NCBI GenBank assembly: GCA_015486315.1
Contig: WFRY01000466.1
Coordinates: 7,864-71,863, forward strand
Direction of reading: 5' to 3'
Length of the DNA stretch: 64,000 bases
Source of the DNA: Desulfobulbaceae bacterium
GTDB taxonomy: Bacteria > Desulfobacterota > Desulfobulbia > Desulfobulbales > Desulfobulbaceae
Positions 59,282 to 64,000 of this stretch are shown here, piece after piece. A program made the position numbers and the translations under genes. Position 1 is the first letter of the stretch; each line of letters starts with the position of its first letter. The notes beneath the pieces are model-generated. The model saw only the letters and a list, made by a program, of their open reading frames with translations. It was not told the DNA's origin and did not search any database.

Positions 59282-59340
59282 CTCTTGACATGATAACACC
59301 TCGGAATGTAAGCCTTCCAGGGTGTTCATGGAGCGCTTAC
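59282..59340 (-). repeat. GTAAGCGCT-family repeat copy (inverted) overlapping the 3' end of the YkgJ-like gene
   Basis: CTCTTGACATGATAACACCTCGG...GTTCATGGAGCGCTTAC is the reverse complement of 27738-27778 with an 18-nt insertion. Confidence 0.7.
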
Positions 59341-59739
59341 CTCCATGCCGGGGACAACCAAGTGACCAAGGCTCTTTTCTACGCGGGGCTGGATTGCGAC
59401 AAGCAGGTTATGACTCTCCAGATAGGGGCAGGATTTATCGTAGGGAAAATCGCGGCACTGTTTCGGCCGTGCCTCATGGATCAAACAGCGTTTGCACATC
59501 CGGTTGTCGGCAAGAAAAATGCAGGAGCCGTCCTCCCTGGTCTTAAAAGTATGTTTTCCTTCAAGATACCGGCTCCGGACCTCGCCATCAGTGATCTTAA
59601 AATGACGGGCGATACGATTAATATCAACCGCCATGATATAAAGGCTTGCACCTTGCAGCCGATAACAGCAGTAACCGGGACAAAAGTTACAAAACGTTTT
59701 ATTCCCGGCAAGAGAATATGGTTGCGCCTCACCACTCAT
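59326..59739 (-). CDS. YkgJ-family (CxxCxxCC) cysteine-cluster protein
   Basis: FCNFCPGYCC...GSCIFL...CKRCLIHEARPKQCRDFP. ATGA overlap with the upstream activator gene. The last 5 codons and the stop lie in the repeat. Confidence 0.75.
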   Translation of the reverse strand: MSGEAQPYSLAGNKTFCNFCPGYCCYRLQGASLYIMAVDINRIARHFKITDGEVRSRYLEGKHTFKTREDGSCIFLADNRMCKRCLIHEARPKQCRDFPYDKSCPYLESHNLLVAIQPRVEKSLGHLVVPGMEVSAP

Positions 59740-61157
59740 GGCCGAAACTCCCTGGACTGTATTTGGTGGCGTCGCATCAGACGCTGAAAGGCCTGCCGCT
59801 CCATACCGCATTGCCTGGCAGCAGCCGAAACATTGCCCTTGCTGGCGGTTAAGGCAGTTTTAAGATAGGTGCTGGTAAAATAAGTCAGTACCTCTTCTTT
59901 GGCCTTTTTATAGGGCAGATGAAGAAAACAGATCTGGTTATTCAGGGATGGCCCTTCACCATTGCCGGCAGAGGATTCATTGGTCATCAGGTCTGATGGA
60001 CTGATCTTGTTACTGTCACATAAAAGCACGGCCCTGTTAATGGTATTCTCCAACTCCCGGACATTTCCTTTCCAGGGCCGCCTCATCAGGCACTGCAGGG
60101 ATTCAGGGGCAAATTCCAGATCCGAACGATCATGCTCCTTACTGTACATTTCAAGAAAATGCTGGGCCAGCAGGGGAATATCGTTCACCATGTCACAAAG
60201 ACTCGGCATGGTGACCGTCATGACATTCAGGCGGTAAAAAAGATCTTCACGGAATTCACCCCGTTCTATTTTTCCCTCCAGATCCTGATTGGTTGAAGCC
60301 AGAATGCGGACATCAACCGGATATGTTCTGGTCTGTCCCAGGGGTTGGATTTCTTTTTCCTGCAGGACCCGCAGCAGCTTTGTCTGGATGGAGACAGGAA
60401 TATCGGCAATTTCATCAAGAAGAATAGTAGAGCCACTGGCCTTTAAAAACAGGCCTTCCTTATCCCGGTCGGCACCGGTAAAGGCCCCTTTCCGGTAGCC
60501 GAAAAGTTCACTCTCCAGGATATGCTCCGGCAAGGCTGGACAGTTGACGGTTACCATGGGCTGCTTTGCCCGTTTACTCATAAAATGCAGAGCCCGGGCA
60601 GCAAGTTCCTTACCGGTACCGGATTCGCCCCGGATCAGTACCGTGGCCCTGCTTGGGGCAAGTCGTTTCAGAAGGTCCAGTACCTGGTTCAACGTTTTTG
60701 ATCTTCCAATAAAACCAGTAACATCCTGCTGTTCCGTCAACCGGTGATGCAGTTGCAGATTTTCCCGCAGCAACATGGTTCGTTCAATAGCCCGGCTCAC
60801 CGCATGAATAATCTGATCATTATCAAACGGCTTTTCAAAAAAATCATAGGCCCCTTCTTTCAGGGACTGTACCGCCATCTCAATGGTGCCGTACCCTGTC
60901 ATGATAATTGTGGTAATCGTGGGGTCAAAACGGCTCAAACGACGTAAAAATTCAAGCCCATCCATGCCGGGCATCTTGATATCGGTGAGAACGACATCAG
61001 GCATCCATGATTCCACCATGGCAAGAGCTGCATCACCGGAATCAGCCATCTTTACCATACATCCGCACTTTCTGGTCATCACCTTACGCAGGAGCAACAG
61101 CATATCCCGCTCATCATCGACGACCAGGACCTTTTTTTCTTTTGCGGACGGCTCCAT
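59736..61157 (-). CDS. Sigma-54-dependent response regulator (NtrC family)
   Basis: Receiver domain (DVVLTDIKMPGMDG), AAA+ domain with GESGTGKE and GAFTGA, and a C-terminal Fis-type HTH. Confidence 0.93.
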   Translation of the reverse strand: MEPSAKEKKVLVVDDERDMLLLLRKVMTRKCGCMVKMADSGDAALAMVESWMPDVVLTDIKMPGMDGLEFLRRLSRFDPTITTIIMTGYGTIEMAVQSLKEGAYDFFEKPFDNDQIIHAVSRAIERTMLLRENLQLHHRLTEQQDVTGFIGRSKTLNQVLDLLKRLAPSRATVLIRGESGTGKELAARALHFMSKRAKQPMVTVNCPALPEHILESELFGYRKGAFTGADRDKEGLFLKASGSTILLDEIADIPVSIQTKLLRVLQEKEIQPLGQTRTYPVDVRILASTNQDLEGKIERGEFREDLFYRLNVMTVTMPSLCDMVNDIPLLAQHFLEMYSKEHDRSDLEFAPESLQCLMRRPWKGNVRELENTINRAVLLCDSNKISPSDLMTNESSAGNGEGPSLNNQICFLHLPYKKAKEEVLTYFTSTYLKTALTASKGNVSAAARQCGMERQAFQRLMRRHQIQSREFRP

Positions 61158-61172
61158 GTTTTTAAAGGGTAT

Positions 61173-61200
61173 AAGGTATCAGGTTAAAGGTATCAGGTTA
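61173..61200. repeat. Tandem direct repeat 2 x 14 nt (AAGGTATCAGGTTA)
   Basis: Two exact adjacent copies in the 91-nt spacer, 16 nt upstream of the activator start codon. Confidence 0.8.
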
Positions 61201-61248
61201 AACGATCCGCCTGCAGAGATGAACAAATGCATAACCTGACCACTCGAT

Positions 61249-62307
61249 TCAGGGCTTGTTTTTCAGCATGGTGTCAAAGCAGGTCTGGACAAACCTGCCC
61301 GATACCGTATCTGCCATAGTGAACTGCAAAACGCCTTTCGGGGGAAATGCCCCGGTCAAGGCGAGGTACATATTATGAGATATATTGACCAGCATGTCGG
61401 TATATTCATCCTGCTGCTTTTGGGAAAAATTACTTCCATGCCAGCGACAGCGGAAAGGTCTTCTCTCATATAAAATACATTTTCCGGCAATGGAAAGCGG
61501 GCAGACGGCCCCTGTTGCCGTATACGTTTCTGAAAAATCCTCACCGATGAGCTTTGGGTGATGAAGATGGAGCGATCTGACGGTCTTGATAATTGCCGAA
61601 CATTCCCTGGCATGCTCAAGCACCTGCTGCCGGTCATCCTGACTGAGTAAACGGTTGAAACCGGTATGTATCCATACGCTTTCGGCAAGCTGCAGTTCAA
61701 AATAGCGCCTGCAGCAGTCATCGGATTCTTTGCCGCAGTCCGGAAACTCATCCTGATCCGTCAGTTTGTTTTCAAGCTCACTGAGAACCGCCTCATATTC
61801 TTTCAGAAATGGAGAGAGATCCGGGCCGCCGGAAGATGACTCAACCTGCGGTTCCGTCAAGGTCAGGACACCTTCCTTTTTATGATACTTGCGCAGCAGT
61901 TTCCACTGTGCATAGTTGGTTGGATTTGCACGGGTATTTTTCAGAATCTTTTCTGCCTTTTTCAGGCCGAGGCCGCGACGCAGCAGGTAGGCGGAAACAA
62001 ACGTGCCGGTACGGCCATGTCCATGCCTGCAGTGTACAAGGACTTTTTTACCCAGGTAAATGGCCTCATCAAGCCATTCAAGGGCTTTTTCCATGGCCGC
62101 CATCTCAGGCGCATGTTCATCAGGGGTGGGCAGATAATAAACCTCAAATCCCGCCTTTTCCTCTATCTCGTGCAGATCGGTAAATTCGCCGCAGAGATTG
62201 ACAATGGCAACAATCCCCTCTTCCCGGATCGTCTCGAGATCTTCATAGGACATAGGTGCATAGCCGGCAGCAAGCTGACTGGTTATCCAGGTAAGTTGAT
62301 AGCTCAT
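61249..62307 (-). CDS. Dual-specificity protein-tyrosine-phosphatase domain fused to a YkgJ-like Cys-cluster domain
   Basis: The N-terminal half has the CX5R P-loop VHCRHGHGRTGT. The C-terminal half has CGKESDDCC...CPLSIAGKCILYERRPFRC. Confidence 0.75.
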   Translation of the reverse strand: MSYQLTWITSQLAAGYAPMSYEDLETIREEGIVAIVNLCGEFTDLHEIEEKAGFEVYYLPTPDEHAPEMAAMEKALEWLDEAIYLGKKVLVHCRHGHGRTGTFVSAYLLRRGLGLKKAEKILKNTRANPTNYAQWKLLRKYHKKEGVLTLTEPQVESSSGGPDLSPFLKEYEAVLSELENKLTDQDEFPDCGKESDDCCRRYFELQLAESVWIHTGFNRLLSQDDRQQVLEHARECSAIIKTVRSLHLHHPKLIGEDFSETYTATGAVCPLSIAGKCILYERRPFRCRWHGSNFSQKQQDEYTDMLVNISHNMYLALTGAFPPKGVLQFTMADTVSGRFVQTCFDTMLKNKP

Positions 62308-62310
62308 GGG

Positions 62311-64000
62311 TTATCCTGAAAAGTTATAATTTCCTGCAAAAAACTGTTCCACATAATAATTTACATCGCCCCCGTCCTTCAGCACCATATCCATCAACTT
62401 GGTTGCACCCAGCAGACGACCGAGCATATCAAGGGTGTGACATAATTCGCGGCTGCTTATATCGCCGACCCTGGCATCCAGCAAATCCGCCCGGACAGTG
62501 GTCTCCAGGCCAAGACGGGCAAGAACCGCAACCAGAAATTCAATACGCAGCGTTTTCCCCCTGTAATCCCCTCCGCCGCCGGCAAACCGGAGTTGACAGT
62601 AATTTGCTCGACTGTCCGAACCGCACAGGGCATCAACGAGAGTGAAATGATAACCAAAACGCATATTAAGATTGAGATAGTCCTTGCTGATTATAGCATA
62701 AGAGGCAAAATCTCCGGAATTTTTGGTGGCAATACCGCCGGCCAGAGCAATATCATCAAATGATTTCCAGTCAAAATGACTGTGCGCATCCCAGTCAACT
62801 CCCGGGTTACTGAGCCCCTGCCAGAGGGAAATAAAAGGTACTGAACAGATCTGTTTCAGCCCTACGCGCTCTTCAGCCCCTGTATCCGGACAGATCCCGT
62901 CTCCCACATCAAGCAGATACACTTCAAGAGGCAACTCGGTTTGAAGTTGGCGGCATTTTCCCGAACGACCGGAAACCTTGTCTCCAAGGGAGAACATGGC
63001 CTGAACTGCCATCTCATGCGTATAGCGGACAATATCATGCATGGATCGACATGAAGTTGGTTGAAAATCCGCTGCAGCCGGATCAACCAGTTTCAAGGGG
63101 GTAATAAAATCAAGTATTGTCCGCAGTTTCTTAAAATATGGAATCTCATCTTTATCAGCGCCGTCTTTACCCTGCAGCAGTACCTCTATCCGGCCTGGAT
63201 ATACAACATTATGATCAGCATCCACAGTTACCTCCTGCCCTTGGGTCAACACCGAAGTACCAGTTTCCGTGTTAACCAGCAGGGGAACCCCGAATTCCCG
63301 ACAGACCGTGGCAAAATGACCGGCTGTCGCCCCCTTGTCCGCCACCACGGCGACCAGTTTACTCAATACCCTGACCAGAGACGGCGGTGTACTGCGGACA
63401 ACCAGTACCGCCCCGTCTTCAACTCCCTGTACATCCCTGCCTTCAACAAGATACACCTTACCGAAAGCCGCGCCACCGGCCGCTTTTTTTCCACCTTCAA
63501 ACAGTGGTATGACATCTATAGACGCTCTGTCTTCAACCGCATCCTGTGACGCAACCTGCTGCTGCAGCGGACGGGCCTGGAGCAGAAACAGCGTATCATC
63601 ATCGGTCAGAGCCCACTCGATATCCTGGGGCTGACCATAGTGCTCTTCAATTTTTCGGCCCCATTCAGCCAGATCCAGAGCCCTTGCATCGCTGATGGAA
63701 AACGCAGCACGTTCATCCCGGTCAAGTTCGACTTCTTCAAGTTGACCAGCCAGGGTAACAAGTTTCTTTTGTTGCAGACCTTTCTTTTTACTCTTGATCT
63801 CGCCATCTTCCCTGTCAACGGAAAAGGTATCGGCATTAGCCGTCCCGCTGACCAGCAACTCGCCCAGCCCGTAAATACTGTGTACAATCTGTTCCTGCTC
63901 CTTTGAGTCCGTCGGATCAACGGTATATATAACACCGCTTGCTGCAGCATCAACCATGGTCAACACCAGGACGGCAATGGGAGTCTCCTCATCGCTTAAG
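62311..64000 (-). CDS. PpsA/PPDK-like phosphotransferase (ATP-grasp end, phosphohistidine swivel domain, non-canonical C-terminal domain), partial
   Basis: PQDIEWALTDDDTLFLLQARPL (end of the PPDK_N ATP-grasp) and VADKGATAGHFATVCREFGVPLLV (swivel His), followed by ~300 aa unlike the PEP-utiliser TIM barrel. The reading frame stays open to the window edge. Confidence 0.75.
   Translation of the reverse strand, partial: LSDEETPIAVLVLTMVDAAASGVIYTVDPTDSKEQEQIVHSIYGLGELLVSGTANADTFSVDREDGEIKSKKKGLQQKKLVTLAGQLEEVELDRDERAAFSISDARALDLAEWGRKIEEHYGQPQDIEWALTDDDTLFLLQARPLQQQVASQDAVEDRASIDVIPLFEGGKKAAGGAAFGKVYLVEGRDVQGVEDGAVLVVRSTPPSLVRVLSKLVAVVADKGATAGHFATVCREFGVPLLVNTETGTSVLTQGQEVTVDADHNVVYPGRIEVLLQGKDGADKDEIPYFKKLRTILDFITPLKLVDPAAADFQPTSCRSMHDIVRYTHEMAVQAMFSLGDKVSGRSGKCRQLQTELPLEVYLLDVGDGICPDTGAEERVGLKQICSVPFISLWQGLSNPGVDWDAHSHFDWKSFDDIALAGGIATKNSGDFASYAIISKDYLNLNMRFGYHFTLVDALCGSDSRANYCQLRFAGGGGDYRGKTLRIEFLVAVLARLGLETTVRADLLDARVGDISSRELCHTLDMLGRLLGATKLMDMVLKDGGDVNYYVEQFFAGNYNFSG

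Noticed and set aside
61173-61200. Possibility of a CRISPR or other array, raised by the short direct repeats here and by the GTAAGCGCT copies.
   Set aside because: There are only two adjacent 14-nt units with no spacers. The GTAAGCGCT copies are kilobases apart and in both orientations. No cas genes are present.

Overview
This is a 64-kb chromosomal window with about 60 protein genes and 3 tRNAs (Pro-GGG, Val-GAC, Gly-GCC). I found no rRNA, CRISPR array, transposase, integrase or phage structural genes. The backbone is housekeeping: holA, clpS-clpA, the thrS-infC-rpmI-rplT-pheS-pheT-ihfA-merR-tRNA-Pro block, asnS, ttcA, hisB, rplM-rpsI, argC-truA-maf and mlaEFD-mlaA-mlaC. The synteny, the many sigma-54/PAS/PilZ regulators and the DUF3373-type outer-membrane proteins suggest a Desulfobacterota (Desulfobulbales-like) genome; that assignment is inference only. 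The less ordinary content is as follows. (1) A divergent pair at 39.0-43.4 kb: an 803-aa HerA/DUF853-like P-loop NTPase and a Zn-ribbon/TOPRIM-like/RepA-DnaB-like ATPase. Each gene is bracketed by copies of a dispersed palindromic repeat. (2) A regulatory and enzymatic island at 50.2-64 kb. It holds a PpsA-like dikinase, a dual-specificity phosphatase fused to a YkgJ Cys-cluster domain, a sigma-54 activator, a second YkgJ protein and an anchored PhnD-like binding protein. It also holds a His-rich membrane protein, a PAS kinase, a CheY receiver, a Tat-less molybdopterin oxidoreductase with its Fe-S subunit, and a TauE/SafE exporter with a large N-terminal extracytoplasmic domain. Two sigma-54-type promoters lie inside it. 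(3) An 823-aa secreted protein of unknown function with a possible caspase-like His/Cys dyad. (4) A SHOCT / multicopper oxidase / unannotated 56-aa lipoprotein operon behind a near-consensus sigma-54 promoter. (5) Two repeat families: a GTAAGCGCT-CCATGAAC REP-like family with at least 7 copies, and a 146-172-bp MITE-like element in two inverted copies. In addition, a 10-bp-stem hairpin with a compensatory base-pair change sits at matching positions in the leaders of hisB and the primase-helicase-like gene. All calls come from reading the sequence and the ORF translations. No database searches were run.
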